A stretch of DNA of 64,000 bases from a virus. Position 1 is the stretch's first letter. Each line of letters begins with the position of its first letter. Both the position numbers and the translations under genes were made by a program. The stretch covers positions 3,802 to 67,801 of the IMG/VR virus record IMGVR_UViG_3300027832_000016. One strand, given 5' to 3'. Positions 7,900 through 17,750 of this stretch are shown here, piece by piece. The notes beneath the pieces are model-generated. The model saw only the letters and a program-made list of their open reading frames with translations. It did not search any database and was not told the origin of the DNA.

Positions 7900-9465
7900 A
7901 TGGACTCCGAACTACTAGACGACGAACAAGAACTGCTTCCCGAAGAGTTTGGGGAAGAACTTGACGAGACTTCTGCGGAGTTTGTAGACCAGTTAGTCAC
8001 TAAACTAGTCCTGTTTACCGAGCAGTTCTGTAATGTAGAGTTTTTCCCCTACCAAGTACCTATTGCCTATCGAACCATTGAGTCAATAGTCCTAGGAGAC
8101 GGTGAAGAGATTACCTTGATTGCTACTCGTCAAAGTGGCAAATCCGAAGTTCTATCCAATGTGCTCGCGGCAATGATGGTTATCTTGCCAAAACTTGCGA
8201 AGGTTTACCCAACATGGTTAAGCAAGTTTGATAAGGGGTTTTGGTGTGGTGTATTTGCGCCAACTGAAGACCAAGCGGACACGGTGTTTAGCAGGATAGT
8301 AAATCGCCTTACAAGTGACCACGCTTTAGACTTCCTACTTGACCCTGAGATTGATGACAAGGCCATCTCTGGTGGTACTCGGGGTAAGGGAAAGATAATC
8401 TCTCTTAAGAAGTCTGGGTCTCTCTGCCGTATGCAGACTTGTAACCCTAAGGCCAAAATTGAGTCTAAGACTTACCACTTCGTGCTGATTGACGAAGCAC
8501 AGGAGGCCGATGAGTTTGTCATTACTAAGTCTATTAAGCCCATGCTGGCGTTTAATAACGGAACCATCATGCTCACAGGAACTGCCAGTAGGTACAAATC
8601 TTACTTCTATAAAATGATCCAGTACAACAAGAGGCGGATTAACCAGGGGCGTAGGAACATACGGGATTGCCATTTCGAGTATGACTACAAAGTTGCATCA
8701 AAGTACAATACTAACTATGGAAAATTCATCTCTAAAGAGAAACTCAGAATCGGAGAGGATTCAGACGAGTTTCAAATGTCCTATTGCAACCGATGGATGT
8801 TGGAAAAAGGAATGTTTGTTACCGAGGAACGCATGGAACGGATCTATGACTCCTCCATGCCTATCGTTAAGCAGTGGTGGAGAACACCTGTCGTTGTGGG
8901 AATTGACGTTGCGAGGTCCAACGACAGCACAGTTGTAACCGTTGTCTGGGTGGATTGGGATCATGCTGACCCCTTTGGGTTTTACGAGCACCGAATCCTT
9001 AACTGGTTGGAGATAAACAACGAGGAGTGGGAAAACCAATACTTTGAGATTATTGACTTTCTAAAGAACTATGACGTGTTTAGAATTGCCGTGGATGCTC
9101 AAGGCGTTGGTGGGGCTGTGGCGGAGCGCCTAAAGATATTGTTGCCAGACATCGAAGTGTTCCCAATGAACTCAGACTCAAAGAACCAAAACGAGCGCTG
9201 GGTGCACTTAACTGAGTTAATCCAAAGGGAGCAATTAGTGATCCCTGGGCATTCTAAGGCCCGCCGAACACGTAACTGGAAGCGGTTTAACCAGCAAATG
9301 AACGACTTGGAGAAGGTGTATCGTGGCCCATACCTTCTGGCTGAGGCCCCAAATGAGAAGGGGGCATTTGATGACTACCCAGATTCCCTTGCCTTGGCAT
9401 GTGCCATGACAGTTCATGATACTATGCCTACGGTACAAGTTGGCGAGAACCCCTTCTTCAATTAG
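7900..9465 (+). CDS. terL: Terminase large subunit
   Basis: Walker A ATRQSGKS, Walker B LIDEAQ, motif III LTGTA, nuclease GIDVARSND and DDYPDSLALA. Confidence 0.95.
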   Translation: MDSELLDDEQELLPEEFGEELDETSAEFVDQLVTKLVLFTEQFCNVEFFPYQVPIAYRTIESIVLGDGEEITLIATRQSGKSEVLSNVLAAMMVILPKLAKVYPTWLSKFDKGFWCGVFAPTEDQADTVFSRIVNRLTSDHALDFLLDPEIDDKAISGGTRGKGKIISLKKSGSLCRMQTCNPKAKIESKTYHFVLIDEAQEADEFVITKSIKPMLAFNNGTIMLTGTASRYKSYFYKMIQYNKRRINQGRRNIRDCHFEYDYKVASKYNTNYGKFISKEKLRIGEDSDEFQMSYCNRWMLEKGMFVTEERMERIYDSSMPIVKQWWRTPVVVGIDVARSNDSTVVTVVWVDWDHADPFGFYEHRILNWLEINNEEWENQYFEIIDFLKNYDVFRIAVDAQGVGGAVAERLKILLPDIEVFPMNSDSKNQNERWVHLTELIQREQLVIPGHSKARRTRNWKRFNQQMNDLEKVYRGPYLLAEAPNEKGAFDDYPDSLALACAMTVHDTMPTVQVGENPFFN

Positions 9466-9505
9466 TGATATTCTTAAAGAAACCCTTATCTATGAGGAGT
9501 AATTC

Positions 9506-9907
9506 ATGACAGTAGCACCAGCACCACAGTTCCCAGAGCGGGACGCGAACATCTTCGAGCGCAATATGGCTCCGAGCATCCCTGGAAACAAAGGACCTCT
9601 TCGTTTTGAAGAGGGAGTGGCCACCGATACTGATGTCCCTAATGACTTTGCTAAGGGTGCCTACTCGGATACTGCCCCCTCGTCAATGCGGATGAACCAT
9701 AACAACCCAGAGATGTTCTACAAGCATGCCGCCGACACAATGCGCGAACGCGCCCATGTCGGTTCTGCTTCGTGGATTGAAGCCCCATCGGTGCTCTCAG
9801 AGTTTGTTGAGGGTGCAATTGCAGGTGATGACATGCCGAAGTGGGAGTATTCCTACAACGACGGTGGTCACATGAACCGTCCAAACGCAACAGTCGTCTA
9901 CGACTAA
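9506..9907 (+). CDS. Hypothetical (possibly virion) protein
   Basis: GAGGAG RBS, strongly biased codon usage, downstream of the terminase. Confidence 0.75.
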   Translation: MTVAPAPQFPERDANIFERNMAPSIPGNKGPLRFEEGVATDTDVPNDFAKGAYSDTAPSSMRMNHNNPEMFYKHAADTMRERAHVGSASWIEAPSVLSEFVEGAIAGDDMPKWEYSYNDGGHMNRPNATVVYD

Positions 9908-9909
9908 AC

Positions 9910-10449
9910 ATGTCCGAGGACACTGGCGACAGTGCTTCTTCTGACGGGAACAGCAGCGAAGTAGACCCAACACCACTGCTGAACTCATCAGTGGGGGGAC
10001 AGACCTACGCACCAACGACGGATGCGGAGATTGCCCAACAGGGAATGCTTCCTGCGAACCTATATGAGAGTAGGGCGGGAATCTTCTTGTCAGCAGTTAT
10101 GACTACGCCCCCTCCGTATGCTAGAGAGAGCCGACATCCCTTTGTGCTTACCTCATATCTTAAATCCACTACGGGTGCTTCGGTGTACCAACCAACTGGT
10201 TATGCAGTAAACAAGGCGTTGTCTGGGAACGAACAACTTAGCCAGGAGCAGTTTATTGCGGACAACACCACACCTATTGGTGGGGATCCTGTTGATGATT
10301 CTTTCTCGAAGCAAGGGCCCGCTGTGGACAGTAACCCTAGGGATGTCGCCCGCCCAGATCAGGCAGGCAGGCTTACAAAGGAAACAGATCTACGTCGTAG
10401 GGCAATACACGTATCCAAGGGTCGTATAGACCAATATGATTACCAGTAG
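9910..10449 (+). CDS. Hypothetical, largely disordered protein
   Basis: ATG at 9910 directly after the previous stop. Confidence 0.7.
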   Translation: MSEDTGDSASSDGNSSEVDPTPLLNSSVGGQTYAPTTDAEIAQQGMLPANLYESRAGIFLSAVMTTPPPYARESRHPFVLTSYLKSTTGASVYQPTGYAVNKALSGNEQLSQEQFIADNTTPIGGDPVDDSFSKQGPAVDSNPRDVARPDQAGRLTKETDLRRRAIHVSKGRIDQYDYQ

Positions 10450-10461
10450 GATGTAGACCTA

Positions 10462-11568
10462 ATGGCTAAGAAAACGTTGGTCGAGGACAACTTAGCGCAA
10501 GTGTCCGTTCGGGATATAGAGAAGGTGAACCTTCCTAAGGCACAAGCACTCTTTAGTGATGTTTCTAGGAACACGGCTCACCCTCAGGGGCGAAGATACC
10601 CCATTACCAGCAAAACTCGTCCAGGGGAAGTAATGATGGGGTCGGATGACCCAAGTTTCTTGTCATCTAGTGTTAAGTTTGACAAAGGCATCAATAGTGC
10701 AGATCCTGTAGTGAGTAGGGTTAGGCAGAAGGGCATGTATGCAATGCCCGCTGGTAATTTTGAAAGTGCGGATTGCTGCAAAGACAAGACTGCTGGGTGT
10801 GCAGCGGCGTGTTTAAACACCACAGGGCGTCTTGGGCTCCACACGGCTACCCAGTTAGCACGAACTAAAATGCTTTCTGAACACCCCGCTGAGTCTTTGG
10901 CCCTTCTTGCTCACGAGGCCCATAACCACTTTGAGAACACTATAAGACAGGGATTCCTACCAGCATTACGTCTTGATGGCACATCAGAGTTGCACATTGA
11001 CGAGATGGACGCTGGAGACTACATCTTTGGTGGACAAGGTGGTGAGTACCAAAAAACAAGGACTGAACGAGGTCCTCTAAGAGGACTACCACAGGCTGTG
11101 GGTAGTGAGTACGGGAAGCGTCATGCTAAGGGTGCTCTTTCTGGGCCTACCCCTAGATCAAGGCAGTCTAATGTTACTAGGGTTGCTAGTTGGAGTGAGG
11201 GCTTAACAAAGGATCGTGCAGTGGAGATAACAAGCGAAGGCTTGGACATCGCAACCCCAGTGACCAACTTTGGGTCATCTATTGACAGTTTAGGGAAAAA
11301 ACCACTCCCATCGCACATTGAGATGCAGTTTTCTAGGGGTGGTAGCGGACTAATCTTGCCAGCAGTTAACTATGATGAGCATGATGCTGTTGGGGTAAGA
11401 AGGCAGACCGGGGCGATGGGTGTACTTCGCGCTAAATCTCCTGGTTTTGGAGCAGTGGGTGCGGGGGCTCCTGGTAGGAAAGATTCTTTCTTGAGGGAAC
11501 ACCCAGCAGTTCCTGTAAAACTTTCAGCATCAAGACATGTAAGCAGACAGCAAGTAGGAGAACAATGA
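10462..11568 (+). CDS. GP88-like Cys-cluster protein (possible Fe-S/radical-SAM-like)
   Basis: CCKDKTAGCAAACLNTTGR and LRLDGTSE resemble mycobacteriophage gp88-family motifs. Confidence 0.6.
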   Translation: MAKKTLVEDNLAQVSVRDIEKVNLPKAQALFSDVSRNTAHPQGRRYPITSKTRPGEVMMGSDDPSFLSSSVKFDKGINSADPVVSRVRQKGMYAMPAGNFESADCCKDKTAGCAAACLNTTGRLGLHTATQLARTKMLSEHPAESLALLAHEAHNHFENTIRQGFLPALRLDGTSELHIDEMDAGDYIFGGQGGEYQKTRTERGPLRGLPQAVGSEYGKRHAKGALSGPTPRSRQSNVTRVASWSEGLTKDRAVEITSEGLDIATPVTNFGSSIDSLGKKPLPSHIEMQFSRGGSGLILPAVNYDEHDAVGVRRQTGAMGVLRAKSPGFGAVGAGAPGRKDSFLREHPAVPVKLSASRHVSRQQVGEQ

Positions 11569-11813
11569 GTCCTGAAACTGCCACCATTCTCGCCGCCGTC
11601 GCCGCACCAGTACTGGGTGGTCTTGGGTGGCTTGCCGTTAATTTGCGTATGGAGTGGAAAGTGTTCAGAAATGAGAACCACGAAGACCATGGTCGTGTTG
11701 TGGCTGCGCTTGATGAAAACAATGCTGAGATTAAGCGAACTAATGTTGAAATTACTAAACTAGGTGATAGATTAAATGGCCATATAGATTGGCATGTTAA
11801 AGGAAAGAAGTAA
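11565..11813 (+). CDS. Small membrane protein (TM + coiled coil), lysis-associated
   Basis: N-terminal TM, NHEDH...RLNGHIDWH tail, directly upstream of the endolysin. Confidence 0.7.
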   Translation: MSPETATILAAVAAPVLGGLGWLAVNLRMEWKVFRNENHEDHGRVVAALDENNAEIKRTNVEITKLGDRLNGHIDWHVKGKK

Positions 11814-11816
11814 ATT

Positions 11817-12419
11817 ATGCCAAAAGTTGTAGCCAAGAAACCAGTAGCCAAGAAACCAGTAGCCAAGAAACCAGTAGCCAGAAAAGTTGCTTGGGATTAC
11901 ATAGTTCCTGTTAAACTGCCTGCTGACCTTAAAGGAGTTACCCCTGGAAAACTGCCCGAACACCTACTCGTCCCCGCTGTTGGTGGAGGAAAACTACACC
12001 ACATCGCCGCAATCGCATGGGCAGCAATGGTTGCCAAAGCCAAAACAGATGGAATCATACTCAAACCCACGTCATCTGGCGACTGCTATCGCAGTTACGC
12101 ATCACAACTGGCGGGCTTCAAACAGCGCTACCAACTGGCACCGATTGCAGGCACAAGCACTAAATCGTTTGAAGGAAGCACCTGGTATCTAAAAAAAGGC
12201 ATGGCAATGCTTGCCACACCAGGACGGAGTCAACATAACCTTGGTATTGCTGTTGATGTTCATTCCGCTTCGGAACCCAAGAGGCTTGCTTGGTTAGTTG
12301 CCAACGTTAAAACATTTGGCTTTTCATGGGAGGTTGTCCCTTCTGAGCCGTGGCATCTACGCTATGTTTGTGGGGACAGTCTGCCTCCAGCAGTTGCTGC
12401 GTTCAAAGGCCAAGGTTAG
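11817..12419 (+). CDS. Endolysin, M15B (VanY-like D-Ala-D-Ala carboxypeptidase) peptidase
   Basis: YRSY-x2-Q, ATPGRSQHNLGIAVD, EPWH motifs; N-terminal KKPVA repeats. Confidence 0.88.
   Translation: MPKVVAKKPVAKKPVAKKPVARKVAWDYIVPVKLPADLKGVTPGKLPEHLLVPAVGGGKLHHIAAIAWAAMVAKAKTDGIILKPTSSGDCYRSYASQLAGFKQRYQLAPIAGTSTKSFEGSTWYLKKGMAMLATPGRSQHNLGIAVDVHSASEPKRLAWLVANVKTFGFSWEVVPSEPWHLRYVCGDSLPPAVAAFKGQG
11829..11880 (+). repeat. 15-bp tandem repeat GTAGCCAAGAAACCA x3.5 (VAKKP)
   Basis: Exact tandem copies. Confidence 0.9.
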
Positions 12420-12434
12420 TTGCTTCACTAACGC

Positions 12435-12464
12435 TTGACAACCCTACTTAAGGTAGGGTAAGGT
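12435..12464 (+). promoter_or_regulatory. Sigma70-type promoter with palindromic spacer
   Basis: TTGACA-18 bp-TAAGGT; ACCCTAC-ttaag-GTAGGGT inverted repeat spans the spacer. Confidence 0.55.
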
Positions 12465-12492
12465 ACACAACCGAGAAACAAAAGGTGGTAGG

Positions 12493-12636
12493 ATGAAGTC
12501 ACATCAACTTGAACGTGTCATCTTCTTTTTGCGCAAGGTATACCCAGGGCAAATGGACATTGACGAGTTATTTGGTTTGATTGAAATTCTTACCCTTGAG
12601 ATACAAAGGTTGGACAAAAAGAATGCCAAAAAGTAG
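12493..12636 (+). CDS. Small hypothetical protein (47 aa, not in track)
   Basis: AAGGTGG RBS; MKSHQLERVIFFLRKVYPGQ... Confidence 0.55.
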   Translation: MKSHQLERVIFFLRKVYPGQMDIDELFGLIEILTLEIQRLDKKNAKK

Positions 12637-12907
12637 TTTCGTAGAAGACCTAAAGGTAGACCTTGCTCCCGCTAAACAGTGCGGTGTCGAGAGGGTTAGA
12701 TCTCAAATGGGTGCAGACGATAGAACTGCTCTTGATGCTGCTTTTGAAAAAATTAGGGACAAGAACTCATCATACAAATCGGTACAAACAACGGGTGGGT
12801 ACACGTACAAATGGTTACATGACGTGCTAACCAAGCATGGGCATGTAGTCTCCATCAGATCAGTAACCAAACATAGTAGAAAGTTGTGTGCTTGCGATGT
12901 CAATTAA
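12623..12907 (+). CDS. Hypothetical small protein (possible Zn/HTH)
   Basis: C...H-x4-C-x-C pattern; sits directly upstream of the metallophosphoesterase. Confidence 0.7.
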   Translation: MPKSSFVEDLKVDLAPAKQCGVERVRSQMGADDRTALDAAFEKIRDKNSSYKSVQTTGGYTYKWLHDVLTKHGHVVSIRSVTKHSRKLCACDVN

Positions 12908-14063
12908 ACAAGAACTACAAGTTGGACCACCACAAAGTGCAAAAGAAGTCCTTGGGAAACTTGCTGATTTATTGGCAAGACAGAACATTGACATTAATGA
13001 GATAGGAGATATAACACGAGTTTCGTTGTACCAAAGCATCACGAAGAATGAGGCGGGCGAAGCAGAGATCCACGACCTTGCTGGTATGCAATTTAAGTTT
13101 AGTCCTAAGTGGGAAACTGGCCCTGAGTGGCAAGTGGTTCAGCAGGGTCCTGCAATAAAACTCCCACCGATTTCGGCCAAGACTAAGAAGGCATCTACCT
13201 TTAAGACTTGTGTTGTAGTACCTGATATTCAGATCGGGTATTACAGGGGGCGTGATGGGGAACTAGAACCAACACATGATGAGGATGCTATTCAGATTTG
13301 CCTAAAGATGATCGATGACATCAAGCCAGAAGTTATTGTTTGTGTGGGGGACAATCTAGACCTTCCTGAAATGGGGAAGTACCTTATTTACCCAGCGTTT
13401 GCTCAAACAACGCAGGCTTCCATTAACAGGGCCACATTGTTCTGTGCGGAAATGAGAGCAGCAGCACCTAACGCAACCATAGTTTGGCTTGCTGGGAACC
13501 ACGAAGAAAGAATGCCAAAGTACCTGTTGGTAAATGCGGGAGCCGCTTATGGGTTGCGCAAAGGTAACACCCCAGACTCTTGGCCAGTTCTTAGTGTTCC
13601 ATATCTTTGCAGGATGGAAGAGTTTGGTGTGGAATACCGCCCAGGATATCCTGCTGCTGATTATTGGATTAATGAGAAACTTAGAATCATTCACGGTGAT
13701 CGAGTTAAGTCATCTGGTTCTACCGCCCACATTTATCTCAACCAAGAAAAGACATCGGTTATCTATGGACATATCCATAGGATTGAGACAGCCTTTAAGA
13801 CACGTGAGGACTTTGATGGCCCTCGCACAATCATGGCAGCGTCCCCAGGGTGCCTTGCTAGGATTGATGGCGCTATTCCCTCAACACGAGGGGGTGTTGA
13901 CTTAGACGGAAGACCTTTGACTCGTTATGAGAACTGGCAACAGGGAGTTGGTGTGGTCACCTACGAAGATACAGATGCTCATAGATTTAGTTATGACGTG
14001 ACACCAATCTACAATGGCTGGGCCATGTACAACGGCAAAGAGTACCAAGCAAAACAGTCATGA
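12897..14063 (+). CDS. Calcineurin-like metallophosphoesterase
   Basis: PDIQ, GDNLD, GNHE, HG and GHIH motifs. Confidence 0.9.
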   Translation: MSIKQELQVGPPQSAKEVLGKLADLLARQNIDINEIGDITRVSLYQSITKNEAGEAEIHDLAGMQFKFSPKWETGPEWQVVQQGPAIKLPPISAKTKKASTFKTCVVVPDIQIGYYRGRDGELEPTHDEDAIQICLKMIDDIKPEVIVCVGDNLDLPEMGKYLIYPAFAQTTQASINRATLFCAEMRAAAPNATIVWLAGNHEERMPKYLLVNAGAAYGLRKGNTPDSWPVLSVPYLCRMEEFGVEYRPGYPAADYWINEKLRIIHGDRVKSSGSTAHIYLNQEKTSVIYGHIHRIETAFKTREDFDGPRTIMAASPGCLARIDGAIPSTRGGVDLDGRPLTRYENWQQGVGVVTYEDTDAHRFSYDVTPIYNGWAMYNGKEYQAKQS

Positions 14064-14185
14064 TGCCACAGGTGCTGTATGCAGCAAGGTTGCTGGCGTT
14101 TATCTGTTGGCGTGACAATCAGACAGAGAACAACTGGCGCATCTATATGGAAGCCCGCGATGCCCTAAGACTACTTGATCTATGA
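14060..14185 (+). CDS. Small hypothetical protein (41 aa)
   Basis: ATGA-coupled at both ends, fills the gap. Confidence 0.4.
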   Translation: MMPQVLYAARLLAFICWRDNQTENNWRIYMEARDALRLLDL

Positions 14186-14817
14186 CAACAATTATAGCCG
14201 TTCAAGGAGATGGTTTCGCTGTTATAAGTGTGGACTCTAGGATTTCACGTAGTTACTTTGGGGGAGCATCCATACAGACAGCCACCCTAAAAGATGGTTC
14301 AAGCAAGGTGGCCCCTAACGGAAAATATCTACTTGGTGCTGCTGGCGATGTGCGGGCGATTAACATCATTCAGCATGTATTCCAACCACCGACACCCCCA
14401 CCAAACCTCAAGGGTAAAAAACTTGACCAGTTCTTTACGGCCAAATTTATACCAGCACTTAGAGAGTGTTTTGACGCACAAGGATATTCTGTTCCTGATA
14501 TTGAAGATAAGGAACATATCGCTGAGCAGGGTTCCGCAATCCTCGTAGTAATAAATGGGACCATTTATATTGTGGACAGTGATTACTCGTGGTCATCTGA
14601 TTCCTATGGACTTTATTCGGTAGGTTCTGGGTCTGACTATGCTTTGGGGGCCATGCAGATATTGACACATAACAAAAAACAGACTATCCAGCAGGCGAAA
14701 ACGAACGCTATAAAAGCCCTTATTGTGACTGCTAGGTATGACCCCTATACGGGACCTCCCTTTCACACCTTTGTCCAAGAGCAGGATGGAAACAGGAAAA
14801 CTGCAAAACCTGTATAA
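14182..14817 (+). CDS. Ntn-hydrolase, proteasome beta/HslV-like protease
   Basis: (M)TTIIAV...DSR...K...GAAG...SVGSG pattern with N-terminal Thr nucleophile. Confidence 0.85.
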   Translation: MTTIIAVQGDGFAVISVDSRISRSYFGGASIQTATLKDGSSKVAPNGKYLLGAAGDVRAINIIQHVFQPPTPPPNLKGKKLDQFFTAKFIPALRECFDAQGYSVPDIEDKEHIAEQGSAILVVINGTIYIVDSDYSWSSDSYGLYSVGSGSDYALGAMQILTHNKKQTIQQAKTNAIKALIVTARYDPYTGPPFHTFVQEQDGNRKTAKPV

Positions 14818-14847
14818 TCGAGTATCCAACAAGCAAAGGACATATCT

Positions 14848-15123
14848 ATGGCTACAGCAAACCAGACAACAGACCAGGCAACAAAGGGCGGTGTTTTAGG
14901 CATTGTCACATATCTAGGCATCAAGTACAGCGTTGACCCAGCACTTCTCGCCATGTCTTTGCCCCTCATTGCCGCAGGCCTTGCGTGGGTTTCAACCAGA
15001 ATTGGTGACCCAACTGTTGCCGCATTCTTTGGGGATAAGGGCTGTAAACCAGTCAGCATTAGCATCACCAAGGCACCTGCAAAAAAGGCACCTGCAAAAA
15101 AGGCACCTGCAAAAAAGAAGTAG
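14848..15123 (+). CDS. Holin-like two-TM protein with Lys/Ala/Pro tail
   Basis: Two hydrophobic helices, C-terminal (K)KAPAK repeats. Confidence 0.6.
   Translation: MATANQTTDQATKGGVLGIVTYLGIKYSVDPALLAMSLPLIAAGLAWVSTRIGDPTVAAFFGDKGCKPVSISITKAPAKKAPAKKAPAKKK
15070..15114 (+). repeat. 15-bp tandem repeat AAGGCACCTGCAAAA x3
   Basis: Exact tandem copies. Confidence 0.9.
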
Positions 15124-15162
15124 TATCTTATCAACCCCTCTTATGTTGATAAGGAATAACTA

Positions 15163-16851
15163 ATGCCTGTTGACTTCTGGTCTCCCTCCTACAGAGCCGC
15201 TTCCAGCGACTTAACTGTTGCGATCTCCCCGTTAGGTCTAGTTGAACTGGCTGACGAGGAATTTGAGGTTCACGGCCCACGTCTAAACAGGTACTCTGCT
15301 GCGTGGGCTTGGTACTTGGGGCATCACTGGAGCCATCGTAGGGAAATGGGTGATAACAACATCACCCTTAACTACGTTAGGACAATGGCCGATTTCATTA
15401 CCAACTTCTGCTTTGGTAAGGGGATTCAGTTCAAGGTCCCTGAGGCAAACCAAGCAATTATCCCGCACCTACTCCATGAGGTCTGGGATAACCACAACAA
15501 CAAGCATTACCTGTTGTGGCAAATTGGACAACTTGCCGGTGTTTGTGGTGACGCTTTTGTGAAGATTGCGTTTGATGAACCTTACGCAGATCCAACAGGG
15601 ATGGTGCACCCAGGACGAATTAGAATCCTTCCGTTAAACCCAGCCCACTGCTTCCCCGAGTATCACCCCCATGACAGGGAGAGGTTGCTTAGATTTAAAC
15701 TGAAGTACAGGTTCTGGGGCACATCACCAGAAGGAACTCGTCAGGTCTACACCTTTACGGAAATCCTTACGGACGATAATGTACAGCAGTTCATCAACGA
15801 TGAACTAATCGACCAGTATGAGAACCCATTGGGCATGGTTCCTATTGTCCACATCCCCAATGTCACCATCACATCATCCCCTTGGGGTCAGTCCGACATC
15901 TGGGACATTATTCAACTGAACCGTGAACTGAACGAAAAGATGACTGAGATTTCGGACATCATTAACTATCACGCCGCCCCAGTAACAATCATCACGGGCG
16001 CTAAAGCAAGTCAGTTGGAGCGTGGTCCTAAGAAGGTTTGGGCTGGGCTTCCTAAAGATGCGCAGGTGTTTAACCTAGAGTCCAAGGGGGAAATGGCTGG
16101 TGCTCTAGAATATGTGCAACTTATTAAGAGAGCGATGCATGAGATTACTGGTGTCCCTGAAACAGCCCTTGGGCAATTCCAGCCAGTGTCTAACACCAGC
16201 GGTGTTGCTCTAGCAATTCAATACCAGCCTTTGATGAACCGTTACCAGATGAAGAAGATTCACTTTACAAATGGGTTGGAGAAATTAAATGAGATTATTA
16301 TCCGCACTGCGTCGGTTTTCCTTCCAGAACTTCTCATTTACAACCCATCAGAGTCTGCCGCCCCAGAGGCTTCAATGCTCACACAGTTGGATCCTAGAGA
16401 CCCAAACACGTATAAAACAACAATCCATTGGCCTCAACCGCTGCCAGTTGACGAACTCATCAAACTTAATGAGGTGCAGTCAAAGATGGCCCTTGGGCTA
16501 GAGTCCAAGCGTGGGGCGCTACAACTACTTGGCGAAGAATTCCCCAATGAGAAGATGCTTGAGATCTTTGAGGAACTCCGTGATGATGCTATAGACCAGG
16601 GTGCACTAGACATGATTAGGGCTCAAATAGGCCAGGCGGTCATGATGGCGACTGGTTTACTCCCCTCAACAGGCGGTCTCGAAAACGTCTCCGCTGGAGG
16701 TGATAGTGTTAGTACAGCAGGCAGTCCTCAAGGGGGCGGTGTGCTTCCAGGAACTAGTGTTAATCCAGTTGAAATGGATTTAATAAACCAAATAACAAGC
16801 AAGGCATACGGAGCCAGGTTCGCCCAGCGCCGTATACCTGACGAAAATTAA
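15163..16851 (+). CDS. Portal protein (SPP1 gp6-like)
   Basis: Size, GDAFVKI, NPLGMVPIVHIPN, SGVAL motifs, position before scaffold and capsid. Confidence 0.9.
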   Translation: MPVDFWSPSYRAASSDLTVAISPLGLVELADEEFEVHGPRLNRYSAAWAWYLGHHWSHRREMGDNNITLNYVRTMADFITNFCFGKGIQFKVPEANQAIIPHLLHEVWDNHNNKHYLLWQIGQLAGVCGDAFVKIAFDEPYADPTGMVHPGRIRILPLNPAHCFPEYHPHDRERLLRFKLKYRFWGTSPEGTRQVYTFTEILTDDNVQQFINDELIDQYENPLGMVPIVHIPNVTITSSPWGQSDIWDIIQLNRELNEKMTEISDIINYHAAPVTIITGAKASQLERGPKKVWAGLPKDAQVFNLESKGEMAGALEYVQLIKRAMHEITGVPETALGQFQPVSNTSGVALAIQYQPLMNRYQMKKIHFTNGLEKLNEIIIRTASVFLPELLIYNPSESAAPEASMLTQLDPRDPNTYKTTIHWPQPLPVDELIKLNEVQSKMALGLESKRGALQLLGEEFPNEKMLEIFEELRDDAIDQGALDMIRAQIGQAVMMATGLLPSTGGLENVSAGGDSVSTAGSPQGGGVLPGTSVNPVEMDLINQITSKAYGARFAQRRIPDEN

Positions 16852-16912
16852 GCGAACCACACGTTTACATTACCTAAGTTAATATAAGCCCAACAACATC
16901 TAGGAGATAAAT

Positions 16913-17707
16913 ATGCCAAAGACAGTGGAAGATACCGTAACCATCCCCGCAATTGCGCTTGATGCGTTTAACGCAGAAGCGAACCAAACCCAGCAGAGCC
17001 CCCCACCAAAAGGTCGGGTCTTCTCCGAGGACGAGGTCGAGGCAATTCGCAAGCAGGAAAAGGACAAACTCTACAAGCGTATTGAAGAGTCCGACATCCG
17101 CACAAAGACATTGGAAGATCAGATTTCAGTCATTGCAAAAGAGCGGGAAGCGTCTATTAACGCCGCTAAAGACCTCGTGCGCAAGGAAGAGGAAGTCCGT
17201 CATCAGCGTGAGTTTGATGAGTTAAGTTCCAAGGAACTGCTAAAGCGCACAGAAGATGACTTCAACACCAAGATCAAGGACATTGACAAGGTGTGGCAGG
17301 AGCGCTTTGCTGGCATTGAGCAGGAGCGCCAAGCATCCCAAGCCCTCCTTGAAAAGGAGCAGCAACTACGGGCGGTTGAGGTTTACCGTCAGCGCCGCTT
17401 GACGGAGGCCCAAGAGAACATCATCCCAGAACTGCTTGATTTGGTCTCTGGTAACACCCCTGAGGAGATTGACGCCTCTGTGGAAATCCTTAGCCAGCGC
17501 AGTGCTGCTATAATCGAAAGTATCCAGCAAACGACTCAACCGAGTCGTGTTAGAGGAACGGTTGTTTCGCAGCCACCTGTTGGACCAATGGAGACCCAAA
17601 CGGAATACCAAACGTTGAATGCGGATGACATCCGAAACATGACCATGGACCAGTATGTTAAAATGCGTGACAGGCTTTTGAGTTCACGACCCAAGGGTCG
17701 TTTTTAG
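16913..17707 (+). CDS. Capsid scaffolding protein
   Basis: Charged coiled coil between portal and MCP; C-terminal IRNMTMDQY-x2-MR. Confidence 0.8.
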   Translation: MPKTVEDTVTIPAIALDAFNAEANQTQQSPPPKGRVFSEDEVEAIRKQEKDKLYKRIEESDIRTKTLEDQISVIAKEREASINAAKDLVRKEEEVRHQREFDELSSKELLKRTEDDFNTKIKDIDKVWQERFAGIEQERQASQALLEKEQQLRAVEVYRQRRLTEAQENIIPELLDLVSGNTPEEIDASVEILSQRSAAIIESIQQTTQPSRVRGTVVSQPPVGPMETQTEYQTLNADDIRNMTMDQYVKMRDRLLSSRPKGRF

Positions 17708-17750
17708 TAAGGCAAGTAATTTAACCGATACGTAACCCCGGAGGTTATCC

